From the NCBI RefSeq assembly GCF_018977255.1, contig NW_024704743.1:87360001-87424000 (forward strand): a stretch of 64,000 bases of DNA, given 5' to 3'. Shown here piece after piece: positions 40,346-52,489 of this stretch. How positions within the stretch are numbered: position 1 is the first letter of the stretch; each line of letters opens with the position of its first letter. This stretch comes from Callorhinchus milii (lineage: Eukaryota). The translations under genes and the position numbers were made by a program. Below the pieces are notes generated by a model that did no database searches, had not been told where the DNA came from, and saw only the letters and a list, made by a program, of their open reading frames with translations.

Positions 40346-42089
40346 ATGCAATCTTGTTGTTGTTGTATATACTTTGTGCCAATCCTTAGCTAATGTCACC
40401 CACCTACGACTGAAGTTCATCCTTTCCAAACCATAACAACATGTCTAGTCAGTGTTCTAGGTTGTAAATTTTCTTTGTTGGCACAGTGCTCCTTATGGCT
40501 GAATTTTACAGTTAGAGAAGGAAACAGGCACGTTGGTTGCAAAGAGCTGTGTCTAAAAATGACTCCAATTCAAACCACACTCCATTTGAAGGTATAATCT
40601 GTGTTTGATAAAATCAAACAAGTGCAGCTGTTACTTTGCAAAGTCAATAGTCTCTATTAGAGCAATCCAATAGTCTTTTGGTTGCTACAATATTGAACTC
40701 TCCTGCTCTCCCCTATGGAACAGCAATACTGTTTCGTAATACTGTATACTGCCAGCTATTCATCTTGAGGATGCATGGTGTAAACCCCTTGGATATTCTA
40801 GAAAGCGAACAGGGAAATACAATACAAAATTACATTTGTAAAGCGCCTTTCACTTTGTGAGGACCTCCCAAGGCGCTGAACAGACAGGGATTAGGACCTG
40901 AGTGTGGAGTGGGGGTTGGGATCAGGGAGGGTAGAGTGCAGAGTGGGTAGGAGGGTGGCCGAAGGCAAGGGTGAAAATGTGGGTGTGCCTTGAAGGAGGC
41001 AAGGGAGGGAGCGAGCCGAAGGGAATGTGGGATGGAATTCCAAAAGATGGGGAAGGGGTAGAGTAGATCCCTGCAGCGGGTAGGTAGCACAAGCACAGAC
41101 ACAATGGATTATATTGCCTCTACCAATGTTGTAAACCTGATTCTATGAGATTCATCCATGCCACGAGTGGATCTGTTTCCCCAGTGTGCCTTTCCCATTC
41201 AATGTGGGTACAAAACAGAGCTTAATTGGCAGAGAGTTGAAATAGCCTGAAGGCTGCTGTGATAGTGAGCAGTAGCTTGTGACAAAAAAATAAATTGGTC
41301 ATTTGTTTCATGGCTGCATGTGGGACACTGCTACATGCAAACGGACTGCCACGTTGGCCTGCAAATGCACGGTCACTACACTGTGCTGTAAGTCCTTGTG
41401 AAGCCCTTTGCGATGTTCTTCCCGATGTGAAGGGTATTGTATGAAATGTGAGGATGTGTATTGATGTTGTGAAGGTGATAGAGCTCACAGTGACATCACA
41501 ATGTCGGGGGGAAGCTCGTCGGTGTCGTCATGACGAGGGGAAGACTCGCTGTGATCGGGGTCCGTCCCCCGGGGATCAGGAGAAGACTCGGGGGTTGTCC
41601 TGTACTGAGGAGCAGCTGTTTGGTTTGATCATTCAGCCTTTCTGCTGTGGCCATGTTTGGAGTTAAATTACCCCCCTGGAAGTGGCATCTTTCGGTAGGC
41701 TTTCAGCTGTTGTTTTATCAAGGAAGTTAGGGGAAACACCACGATCCAGAATGCAAGACGGAACGGACACCTAAATGTTTTTCTCACAGGAAGGGGACTA
41801 TTCGGCCCATTGTGTCTGCTCCACTGTTACTTATGTGTTTTTAATTGTAATAATTGTTCTTACAATAATAATGAGAATAATCCTTGCATTTGATATACCA
41901 CCTTTCAGATCGGGAGGACATCTCAATATGCTTGATGGGATTTTACTACAAACTGTAGTGACTGTGTATCTTGTAGGGAAATGCCTGATTAGTCCCACTT
42001 TTCAGATCTCTATTCATATCCCTTATTGCTTTTACCACTCTGGTACTTATCCAGTTCCCTTTTAACAGTTCTATTTACCAGCCTCAATA

Positions 42090-42765
42090 CAGATAAATGC
42101 AAGGTACGGTAAAGTACGATTAGGAAAAGGGTATTCCATTGATGGGATAGAACTTGCCAAAGAGAAAGCTGAAAGAGATCTAAGATTGTAAAGTTGACTC
42201 TTCACTTACTATTTCAAAAACAAGCGAGGAAGCAATAAATAAAGCAAATAGGATGCTGGGCTATACTGCCAAATCTATTAAACTCAGATCCCCAAGTGTA
42301 GTAAAGCTGAAGCTGTACATTACTCTGTTCTGGCTGCACTGGAGTACTGGGTACAATTCTAATCAGTGCAACATAAGGACACTGCTCAGTTTCAGTGACC
42401 AGAGGAGAACACTTGGATTGATGCTCTTCAGCCTTGAGATGAGATGTATCAGAGGGGGTCTTATTAGATATGATTCAAATGAGATTAAAAACGTAAACTC
42501 AAAACAGTGTGTTCAGATATGCCAACGCAGCAGAACAAGAGAACATGGGTTCAGAGATGCAAGCGGCAATTTCAGGACAAATTTCCAAGAAGTATTTCTT
42601 TATCCAGAGGTTAATTAGCTATTGGAATGTGTTACAGGGAATGGTAGTGAGACCAGAATGCTGGACTCAGAAGATGCTGCTTTATGTTATAATAAGAAGA
42701 CTGTATTCTGAAAGGATAAGATGAGCCTAAGGGCCCTGTTCATCTGAATTTCTCCTGTGATCTTG
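42090..42765 (+). mobile_element. Degraded CR1-type LINE 3' portion
   Basis: KANRMLGYTAKSIK..LKLYITL..FSLEMRCIRGGLI..RTREHG motifs (ORF 42253..42618). Other CR1 remnants at about 30430-30850 (+) and 47350-47435 (-). Confidence 0.75.
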
Positions 42766-45149
42766 TGAGTTATTGAACATGTGTGAAAATCTCTACCAAA
42801 CATGAGAGCTCAGGCCTCAGCAAGGTTACAGTGAGTACATCTGAGTGATGAATAGATTGCTGATATCTCAGGAATTCTGCACGAAAAACAAAATTCCCCT
42901 TTAATGCATCGGCAGTGAGTCACATTCAATTAATTGGGCACTTTTGAATTGCGTCGGTACATTTGAAACCTTAGTTAAGTGTTTGGTATCATGCTGTTCA
43001 AGTATTCTCATGGAAACTAGGGTAGCAAGATGATGTAGTTGCTGAGCTGCCTATTAATTTTGAAGAGGAATTAAAATCATTGAGTACTTGCAATTGTTTG
43101 TATGATTAAATGTTGGTTTTACTTTTGTGGTCGGAAGGGAAACCTTGTTGACTTGAGCATTTGCATTTAGAGTATCTGTTGTACATATACCCACAGTGGA
43201 GGTTTTCCAGGGCTGCAGTTTTTAATCAAAAGTTGGGTTTACTGCATGCTTGATAGAAACAGCATAAAATATATTTGTGCTGCTTTTTTGCAATGTAATA
43301 GCAGTGAATGCAAGGCAGTGTTCTTCACATGTTTCCCCTCATTTCCCTGCATTGATGTCTCTTTTGTTACTCCACCCCAAACCCCTCTCAATTTTTTTTC
43401 CTCTCCTTATCTGCTCTCCTTATCTGAAGGTCCTAAGGTACACTTGCACAGATGTTGGAACTCCTGATTCCTGATCAAAGTTTTGGTGGGAGTAATTTGA
43501 CCATCAGTGGGCAAGGCAATTTGACCACTGGGGCATAACAGTTCAGATTGATCCTATCCCCTACCCAAGATGCATGTATGTACACACTTTGCAGCATGGA
43601 TTTCAAAGTAAGTGAACACTGACTGATTTGTAGTATTTATTCTCTCACCTCTTCTCCAGTAATTTAAATAAAATGGAGGAATATAATTAGAAAATACAGG
43701 TACTGTTCGTTTGTGTTTAAAAACAACTATATCCAATTAACCGGCCACTGGAAATGGTGTCAGTTTGATTCACTTGGTAACTGGGTGGATTCACAGGATA
43801 AATAAGCTCAAGAAAAGCAATCTGATCAGCTTTGTGTAGCGAGACCCATGAATTAATGTTCCATATTTGGTGGTTATTAGAGCTATCGGTGTAACTGTGA
43901 ATTTGACATCAGAATTAGTCCAGTTTATTAACGCCGCCTCCTCCTCCTCCTTGAGTGCTTGTGATGCCTATGGTGAGTGTGTGTGACCTTTGTGCAGAAA
44001 TGACAGGCAAGATCAGAGCTGTAATATTAACAGCACAAGTTTTTAAAAGAATACCACTTTCATATTTAGTCTCAGTGTCAGGATTTGTGGAGTTAAATGG
44101 TGTAGTGGACACTTGCTTTGTCAGCACTCGCACTGCCCCCTTGTGGTTGTGATTGATTTTTCTTATTGAAGTCTTGTGAAATGTTGGTTTGATCGTCATA
44201 AATATCCTGTTTGCAGCTGACATATTTGGTGATTTTGGCTAAAATAATTTTTGGGGTCAGTTGCATGTTTGACACATGCGAAAACCCATCTCTATATGCT
44301 TGAGTAGCCAAACCAGATGAAGAGCTTTACATATCCGTGGAAATTTCTATTTGTCTGGAATGAAGACATTCAATCTCTCCTCTGAGGGACGCGTTCTGCT
44401 TAATTATTTCCAGAAAATGCTAGGTGCAGGTTGAGAAGAACCAAAGTTTGGGGATCCCAGAGTGACTTGGGGACACGCAGGAGGCCTGTGTTAGCTGACA
44501 AGGTTTGCTGAAAAGCATCATTATCAGTACTTGGCTCAGTCTCATTGTATGCTGGAGTTGTTTAGAAATAAAATTGCTTTGCATTATATGCGATTCCTGA
44601 CATCACTCACTTGATAATTTGCATTAAATATAGTTACAAAAAATTATACCCCATATGTATGCTGAGCAATGTATAAAATCATCTTTCAAAGCAGCATGCA
44701 GGCCCCACTAAAATAACTATCTAATGGTGTTGACCCAGTTTTAAAGTGAAAGTGTGGTATTCACACAAAGATTTAGAAAATTGCCCCTTTTAGCTTCCAC
44801 TGTCGTTTGCTTGAGAACTTTCTCTTCCTCATGATGTTCTCAACTACTTTTAGAAACATTTCTGCAACCTTTTTAACGCTAGTTTCTTGGTAAGGCAGAG
44901 GAAATGTTGAATTCATTATATGAGTGGTTGAGAAAAGTGACTGCTGTTTCTCAGTTGATTCTTCTTAAAGCTACAGTGCATAGGGAAATTCTAATTTTAC
45001 TGAAAAAAGGTTGTGTCTCACAAATGGATTAAAGTAGGAACTGACAATAGCACAGACTCTGTCACTGAATGACCTCCAGGTGTGCTGGAAACTTAGACTC
45101 TGGAGGAGATTGAGTTGCTGTAGTCATTATTTGTTCACATATGCACAGA

Positions 45150-47231
45150 CAACAACAACAACAAGATTGCATTTATAGAGCGCCTTTCAGGTCAGGAGGA
45201 TATCCCAAGGCACTGGACATTTGGGTCGGGACCCGAGCATGGGGAAATGGTCAGGGTGAGGGGTGGGAAGGGAGGGAGCGAGGAAGGGGTAGAGAGTCGA
45301 GAGGGGAGCTGAAGGCACGGTTGAAGAGAAAGGTCTTGAGACCGGCCTTGAAGGAGGAAAGGGAGGAGGCGGCGAAGGCACTGGGGGATGGAGTTCCAGA
45401 GCCTGGGGCTGAGAGGCTGAAAGCCCGGCCACCGATGGTAGGGCGGTTGGGGCGGGGGATGTGGAGCAGACCGGAGCCAGAGGAACGGAGGGTACGGGCA
45501 GGTAGGTAGGGGGATAGTAGGTCGGAGAGGTAGGAGGGAGCAAGGCCGTGAATGGCCTTGTAGGTGAGGATGAGGATCTTGAAATCGATCCTCTGGGGGA
45601 TGGGGAGCCAGTGGAGGCGAGCGAGGGTGGGAGTGATGTGGTCGCGAAGCCTGGTGCGGGACAGTACACGAGCTGCAGAGTTCTGAATGACCTGCAGCTT
45701 GTGGAGGGAGGTGCGGGAAGGCCGGCGAGGAGAGAGTTCCCATAGTCCAGCCTTGAGGTGATAAAGGCGTGGACCAGAGTTTCAGCAGCGTGAGGGGTGA
45801 GGTAGTGCCGTAGTCTGGCGATATTCCGGAGGTGATGGAAGGCGGTGCCAGTTGTGGCGCGGATATGGGGAAGAAAGGACAGCTCAGGGTCGAACAGAAC
45901 CCGAGGTTCCTGACTGGCTTTGAGAGGTGGAGAGTGCAGCCTTGGATGCTGATGGTGTCAGCGCCTGAGGTGCGGAGGCGCTGACGTGAGCCAATCAGGA
46001 GGGCCTCAGTTTTGCGCACGTTGAGCTGAAGAAAGTTGTCTCTCGTCCAGGACTCGATGTCGGACAGGCAGCTGTCAGGACATCGGTGGTCGTGGAGTTG
46101 AGGGTAGAGGAGGAAAGGTAGAGTTGGGTGTCATCCGCATACATGTGGAAGTTAACCCCATGTCTGCGGATGATGTCACCAAGGGGGAGCATATAGAGGG
46201 TGAAGAGGAGGGGACCGAGGACAGAGCCCTGAGGGACACCGCACGAGACAGTGCGGGGGGTGGAGGAAAAGCCGTTTGCAGAGACAAAATGAAGACGGTG
46301 GGAGAGGTACGACCTAAACCACTCAAGGACAGGGCCTTGAAGGTTGAGGTGGGAGGACAAGCGGTGGAGGAGGATAGCGTGGTCGACCGTATCGAATGCT
46401 GCCGATAGGTCGAGGAGGACGAGGAGGCAGAGGGAGCCCTGGTCACAGATGGTCAGGATGTCATTGGTGACCTTGACCAGGGCAGTTTCTGTGCTATGGG
46501 CAGCACGGAAACCCGACTGGAGGGGTTCGAAAAGTGAGTGGGTGGAGAGGAAAGAGCGCAGTTGGGAGGCGACAACTCTTTCAAGGACCTTGGACAGGAA
46601 GGGGAGGTTGGAGATGGGCCGGTAGCTTGATAGCTGCGACGCATCAAGGGAGGGTTTTTTCAATGTGGGAGTGATGGTGGCAGTTTTAAGGGGAATGGGA
46701 ACAGAGTCAGAGGAGAGGGACAGGTTAATAGTGTCTGTGAGAAGTGGGGCAAGGAGGTGGAGCTGAGAGATAAGGAGTGGAGTGGGGATGGGGTCCAGGG
46801 AGCAGGTGGTGGGTTTCAATAACAGGATGAGTTTGGTGACAGAGGGTGGGGAAACGGGTTCGAAGGTGTGTAGGGGAGGATGGGTAGGAGTCGGAGTGTG
46901 GGAGGGAAGGGGTGGGGGGTGGGTGGAAGTTGGAGGGGCAGTGACCGCGGAGCGGATTCCCTTGATTTTGGATTCAAGGAAATCCAGCATCTCCTCGCAG
47001 TGAAGGTTGGAGGAGATGACCTGCGCAGGTGGCGGGGGGGACGGAGGAGTCGGGATGTGGTGGAGAACAGAAGCTTCGTCTCCAGGATTATCCTGGAGTA
47101 GAAGGACGACATGGCCGAGGCTAGAGTGGAGCGGTAGATTTTGAGGAGGTCCAGCCAGATTTGCCGGTGGACTGTTAGGCCAGATTTGAGGCAGGTGCGT
47201 TCAGTGGCCCGCACCTGGCTCTTCAGTGAGA
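45150..47231 (-). mobile_element. Young 5'-truncated L2-clade LINE (RT domain, 3' UTR, (TTG)n tail), frameshifted
   Basis: ORF 45995..46990 has [58 protein letters not shown] and YADDTQLY. Flanking ORFs continue it in other frames. CpG-rich; tail at about 45150-45165. Confidence 0.95.
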
Positions 47232-47518
47232 CCATAACTGTGGAATGCATGAAGGAAAAAATGTGCTTTTTGTTGTTCTGTTTATTCCTATGCTTGTTTG
47301 CTCAGGAGGAGTGAAGTTTCTATCAACCTCGTGAATCTTCGCTGCCTCGCCTTCAGCGCTTTTATATCTGTACATATATTTTACATCACGAGGAGCCAGA
47401 AACTGCACACAATATTCAAACTGTGGCCTGACCAACTTTGAATTCGCATGTCAAAGTTGGTCTGGGCTGACACTCCAGTGCGTGTTGGGGGGAGGGGGTG
47501 CTGAATTGTTGGAATTGC

Positions 47519-47623
47519 CACAAATATACAGTCAATTCACTTTACAGTGTGTTCTGTGAAGCGCTTTGGGACGTCCTCCCGACGTGAAAAGCGCTATATC
47601 AAATGCAAGGATTATTATTATTA
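47519..47623 (+). mobile_element. 5'-truncated young SINE family A copy inserted into an older Deu-type SINE (about 47445-47735)
   Basis: Essentially identical to the consensus 3' part; Deu-like sequence (ctgacactccagtgc... and ...aaagatcccatgccactatttgaa) on either side. Confidence 0.85.
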
Positions 47624-48714
47624 TCATCTGTTATATGTGACGTTTAACCATGATCCTGTCTTCCAGTTCAGGTATTCTTTAAAGATCCCATGCCACTATT
47701 TGAAAAGAGAAGTGACCAATTTATGATTATTTTGTTTTTTTTCTTGAGGGTGGTCTGCCTGTCCATTCACCATGTCTCACACTTACTGTCGTGAAGAGTT
47801 TTTTCTCCCATCTTAACAGCGTCATTATCTAACTGAAATTGATTTATTTTAGTTACGTTCCAGTAGTTTCTTGTTTATTTACAGCATGTCATGGATACGC
47901 TGTGGCAATGATGTTTATGTAGCATTATTTTTCAATGCCTGCTGATCATTTTTATTAGATTATGTTGTTAGCGAGCATAAAGCATTCTATTCTCTTACTA
48001 AAATGACCATCTAATTGGTGTATGGCTTGTGCTGCATAGATTAGATTAAGGATATAACCAGTATGACAGATTTTGAGCCACCTTTTGTGCTGTGCTTCCT
48101 GTAATGCATAAAGGAAAAAAAATGTTTTCTGTTGATGTGTGTGTTCCTGATTTTCTGTACGCTCAGAAGGATTGAAGGCCATTAAAGATGTAGCTGAGGT
48201 GTTTGATAGAGCTGTGTCTCCAGCTCTAATGCAAGTTTTTATTTCAAAACTAAAATGCTAGCACCCGAGGCAGGGAGAGGCATTTGAATATCCGGCAACC
48301 TTTTTCTCGGTTCTGCTATTGTTTTAGCATCAATATGAAAAAGAAATATAAATGCGAGGAACAAAAGTCACCCATTTCTGACTGTTCAGCCTCCAGGATT
48401 AATGGCAATAACTAGTGGCAACGCAGGAGGCAACTGTCAGTAAAAATGTCAGTGGGCAGCGGTTAAAAAAAATGGTAGTGGATTGAACTGCAGTTTACAG
48501 CCAAGTAGCTCACTGGTTCCAATCAGTGATGCATTCAGAAAACTGCTATTCGGTCAGTGATGCTGATTCAGTCAAAACCACTCCCAATAATTCCAGTATC
48601 AGTTAGTAAAGCACAATAGTAACAATCCTTGTACCTGATGCAACATGTTGAAATGTTTCAAAGCATTTCATGAGGTTTTACTGTAAAGTGTAGTGACTGT
48701 ATATTTGTAGCCAC

Positions 48715-49050
48715 AGGTCTGTGCTGAGTTTGCTGATCTCAGCTGGGGCTGGTAAATGGGGATAATAAATTGGTCCCAGCCATCCCAGGGTTAGGGAGGG
48801 GAAAACCAACCTTGGACCCTGCTCTTGATTTCTTTAGCACCCTCTATTGGTTTTGTGGGTTCAGGCAGATGGATAGGGAGAGGTCAGGTTTGGTTGTGTC
48901 CTCTATAGTCAAGTGGCTGCCGACTCACTGCCGAGGCTCACACATGAACATAGGCCACTTGGGCGGGTCTGAGGGCAATCAGTTCCCCCCAAGAGAAGAG
49001 CAGACCAGAAACAGGGAAGCATATGCCACTGGGGGGAAAGTAGAAAAATA
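48715..49050 (+). mobile_element. Ancient SINE-like interspersed repeat (family C, unassigned)
   Basis: Motifs tgtgctgagtttgctgatctcagc, ttagggaggggaaaa and aggctcacacatgaa recur at about 36200-36520 (+), 35160-35470 (-) and 49790-49945 (-). Confidence 0.7.
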
Positions 49051-49339
49051 ATTGGACACACTAAATTTTAAAAGAAAGAAATATCAGCAAGTTCAACCAT
49101 CTCTGTTTCACTGTGAGTCAGTCCACAACAGCAGGTGTGCTGTTGTCAATGGACTCACCATGTAAACCCAGTGGAAGAGGACACACAAAGGGGATTTCTT
49201 TATGTGGGGTTCCCTCCTCATAATGTAAGTTAATTAAGTTGGATGACGACACCACTTCTTACATTACTCCCAGGGATTACTTACATTCTGTGTTACTCCA
49301 GCGACCAGACGCCAATGAATGAAACCTTTGTGATTTCAG

Positions 49340-49492
49340 GACCTGGAAGGAGGTCACCACAAAGAGTCCACCTCCGCTCCGGCACTCGCCAGCACCCGGC
49401 CCGCAAGAGTGGTGTCATCCACCTCCGAGGAAGAGGAAGCCTTCACTGAGAAATTCCTCAAGATCGTGTGCAGATATATTACTGACGGCAAG
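49340..49492 (+). CDS. OXR1: OXR1 coding exon DLEGGHHKESTSAPALASTRPARVVSSTSEEEEAFTEKFLKIVCRYITDGK (start of GRAM-like domain)
   Basis: gatttcAG acceptor and GTAACA donor; 153 nt, phase 0-0. RPARVVSSTSEEEEAFTEKFLKI is characteristic of OXR1/NCOA7. Confidence 0.95.
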
Positions 49493-51398
49493 GTAACAGT
49501 TGGCTTTGTCACTCTCGTTCTCGCTGGTCAAAGTTAAATTGAAATGACGAGCTTTATAAAATGTAGGAAAATGCTAAGTATTTTCTTTATATATTTAAAA
49601 AAAACTCCAGCTTGTTTCTTTGTTTCTAGTGAATCTTTCTCTAATTTTCTCTCCCACTCTCCGAAAATCATTTGACTCATTTTTCCTTCTAATGAGCAAT
49701 GGGCACTAATTGCTCTGTTGTCCTTCACACCATTATTTCAAAACGAGACGTGGCAGTCTGTANTTTTTTTTGGAGGAGGGGGAATGAGAGGGAGGGCAAC
49801 ACAGCCTAGCCTGATTATGTCCTCACTCAACTGACCAAATGCCCGCTCTGCTGAAGATGTCAGAATGGGAACCTGATCATTTTTAAGTTCTCTCTAATAG
49901 ACCCATGTTTGCTGAGGCCAATTATAGCACTTCTACTGCTGTCTACTCTTTACAGACAGGCTAACATGTATGATTTTATATGTTGTAGGATTGAACTCTA
50001 TACTGCCACTTCAAAAGCCACAGAAATGCTCCGGGAACCACTTGATGAGGAAGTCAGTGGGAATTTCATAGCACAGCTTTACATAACATTACATAAATAG
50101 AATTCCCTACATACAGTATACAGCACCAAAATCAGTACCTAAACAGTACCCAGCGCAGCTAGTTGGTACTGGTGTTCATATTTCAAAAAAATACAAGTGC
50201 AGTTTGGCTTCCTGAGCTATGATGCAGGAACGCTGATTCTAATTTCACATAAGGAGTATAAGCATTGGTAGATAAACCCTGATGTTTGCACACCTTATAG
50301 AGATAGAACTGGCATGTCCATGGCTTTGGTTAGGAAACTGAACTGGCTTTGTTTGGCATGTTTCAACCTCTTTCCCCTATGAAAACACACACACACACAG
50401 ATGGAACAATGTACAGTCAGACCCCATTGCACCCATCCTTCATTATAGGAGTGATGCTTGCCTTGGGTGGCACCCTGTGCAAAAGTTCTGATTTACCTCC
50501 AGTAGAATCATGTATAATTATTACTGCTTGGGGCCTCTGATTTGCTTGGGGGACATAGTGCTATTGCATGGCTTATACTGTCCTAACACTGTCCCTGCTT
50601 CAGTATGGCACAAGCCCATTTATAATACAGCTGCACCATGGACTCACATATAGTATATTCAAAAAGCTGTCTGCTTCTAGTATTTACTGACCAGCTTCCT
50701 ATCCATTAGCTTGCAGGTACAGAGTGCTTCCCAGGAAGAGCAGCATCCTAGCAATCACAGGGAGCATTCTCGAGAAAGGTCACCACTGACCCAGCTTCTT
50801 GCGTGGGCAAGCCCGAACAATCGGGTTATAATCAGATTGTATCTGTGTAGTGAAAATCAACAAAAAAGAGTTTTGCAAGTCAAATCAAATTCTGATATTC
50901 ATACAGCTAAGAGCTAAGTTGGGATTCAAAGTCATGTTGGATGTTGGTTCCCCGGGTGTTCCAAACCACATTTGTTTGGATTATGTAATGGGAGATTGAC
51001 TGTGTTTGGCTGGAGCTTTTTGCACCATCTGTCTCACAAATCCCGACCCACTATTGCTCACAATCTCAGCCGTGACTTCATGAACAGAAGAGGGTATGGG
51101 CCGAGAAAAGGCCATTTTAACCCATTCAGCCCATTCTCTCAATTTCTCTCCATTGTGGACTATCCTAATCCTCTCCAGCTAAGAATGGAAACCAACCACA
51201 AATTCAACCTACAGGACAATGGAGCCAAAATCCAGAACATAAATCCTAACAATTTGCATTTGTTCTAGTCAGCTTTATTCTACAGGTACGTCATCTGTGT
51301 TCCCAAGCAACATGAGAATCCTCACATTCCATAGCATATTTGTCCATGCTTGCTCCTTGCATCTTTTCCTTGAACATATGCTTCTTTGACTCTATCTG

Positions 51399-51825
51399 TC
51401 AGCTTGGTTCAGTGGTAGACACTCGCGCCTCTGGGTTAGAAGGCTGTGGGCTTGAGATCCACCTCAGGATTTTGAACTCACATAGTCTAGACCGACGGCC
51501 CATTGTAGTGCTGGGGGAGTGTTGCATTGTTGGAAGTGCTGTCCTCCAGATGAGACTTTAAACCGAGGACCCGTCTTCCTATTCAGAAAGACGTTAAAGT
51601 TCCCATGGCACTATTTGAATCGAGAAAGGAGTTCTGATCAACAATCACTGAAATAAAATTGGTAATTCACTTGGCTGTTTGTGGGACTTTGCTGTGTGCA
51701 AAATAGTCTGCTGCATTCGCCCACAAAATACACAGTCACTCCACTTTGCAGTGTATCCTGTTACACTCTTTGGGTCTCCTCCAAACATGAAACGCACTAG
51801 GCCAAATGTTAGGATTATCATTACT
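51399..51825 (+). mobile_element. Full-length old Deu-domain SINE (SacSINE1/AmnSINE1-like, family B)
   Basis: tRNA-like head, then gatgagactttaaaccgaggacc...ttaaagttcccatggcactatttgaa (recalled DeuSINE core), then a 3' body and tail shared with family A. Confidence 0.8.
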
Positions 51826-52489
51826 ATGACTAGTATTTCTGGATAAGTTTCTACTGGTAGTTCATTACAAATGTGACTCTTTAAGAGAGTTTTTATTATA
51901 TAATGTTTAGGTATTTTTAATGCAATTATTTCTTTGATGGGTTTCCTTTTCGAGGGTCTCACTGAGCTGAATATCAAATCTTGAGAGAGAGGAAAACCTG
52001 CTCCAAGGCCTTAGGTGATGGGCCATCCCCAGTGTCTGCTTCAAGGTGCACAGGAGCTCCTTGGCTTCATCTTGTCACCTCCTCGGCAACAGAGATCAGT
52101 GATTCCTCTTATTGAGGTCAAACTCTTTTCCCAGTTTTACTCTAGTCTTCTGACCTTTAAATAAACCCCAGCCTAATACTGTATTACTGTTAATAGTGGT
52201 TGTGAGGAATGCCCGTGGAAATCAAATGTTTTCACACAAGTGTAGCACTGCAAGTTTGCCATTGCGTAACACATTGACTGGTTGCTTTTTTCACTGATGT
52301 ATTAACTAACAAATTACTGGTTTCAATCTTCACCCCTGCATCCTCTGCAGTGTAAAGTGCTTAAAAATACATTTCTATCTTTGTTTTATTAAAACACTTC
52401 ACATGTTTGTAACAACCAACTTGATCATATATCTCTATGTTTATATATACATTGGCAACTTTCCCTTTCCTTTCTCAACTCTATCTCTG

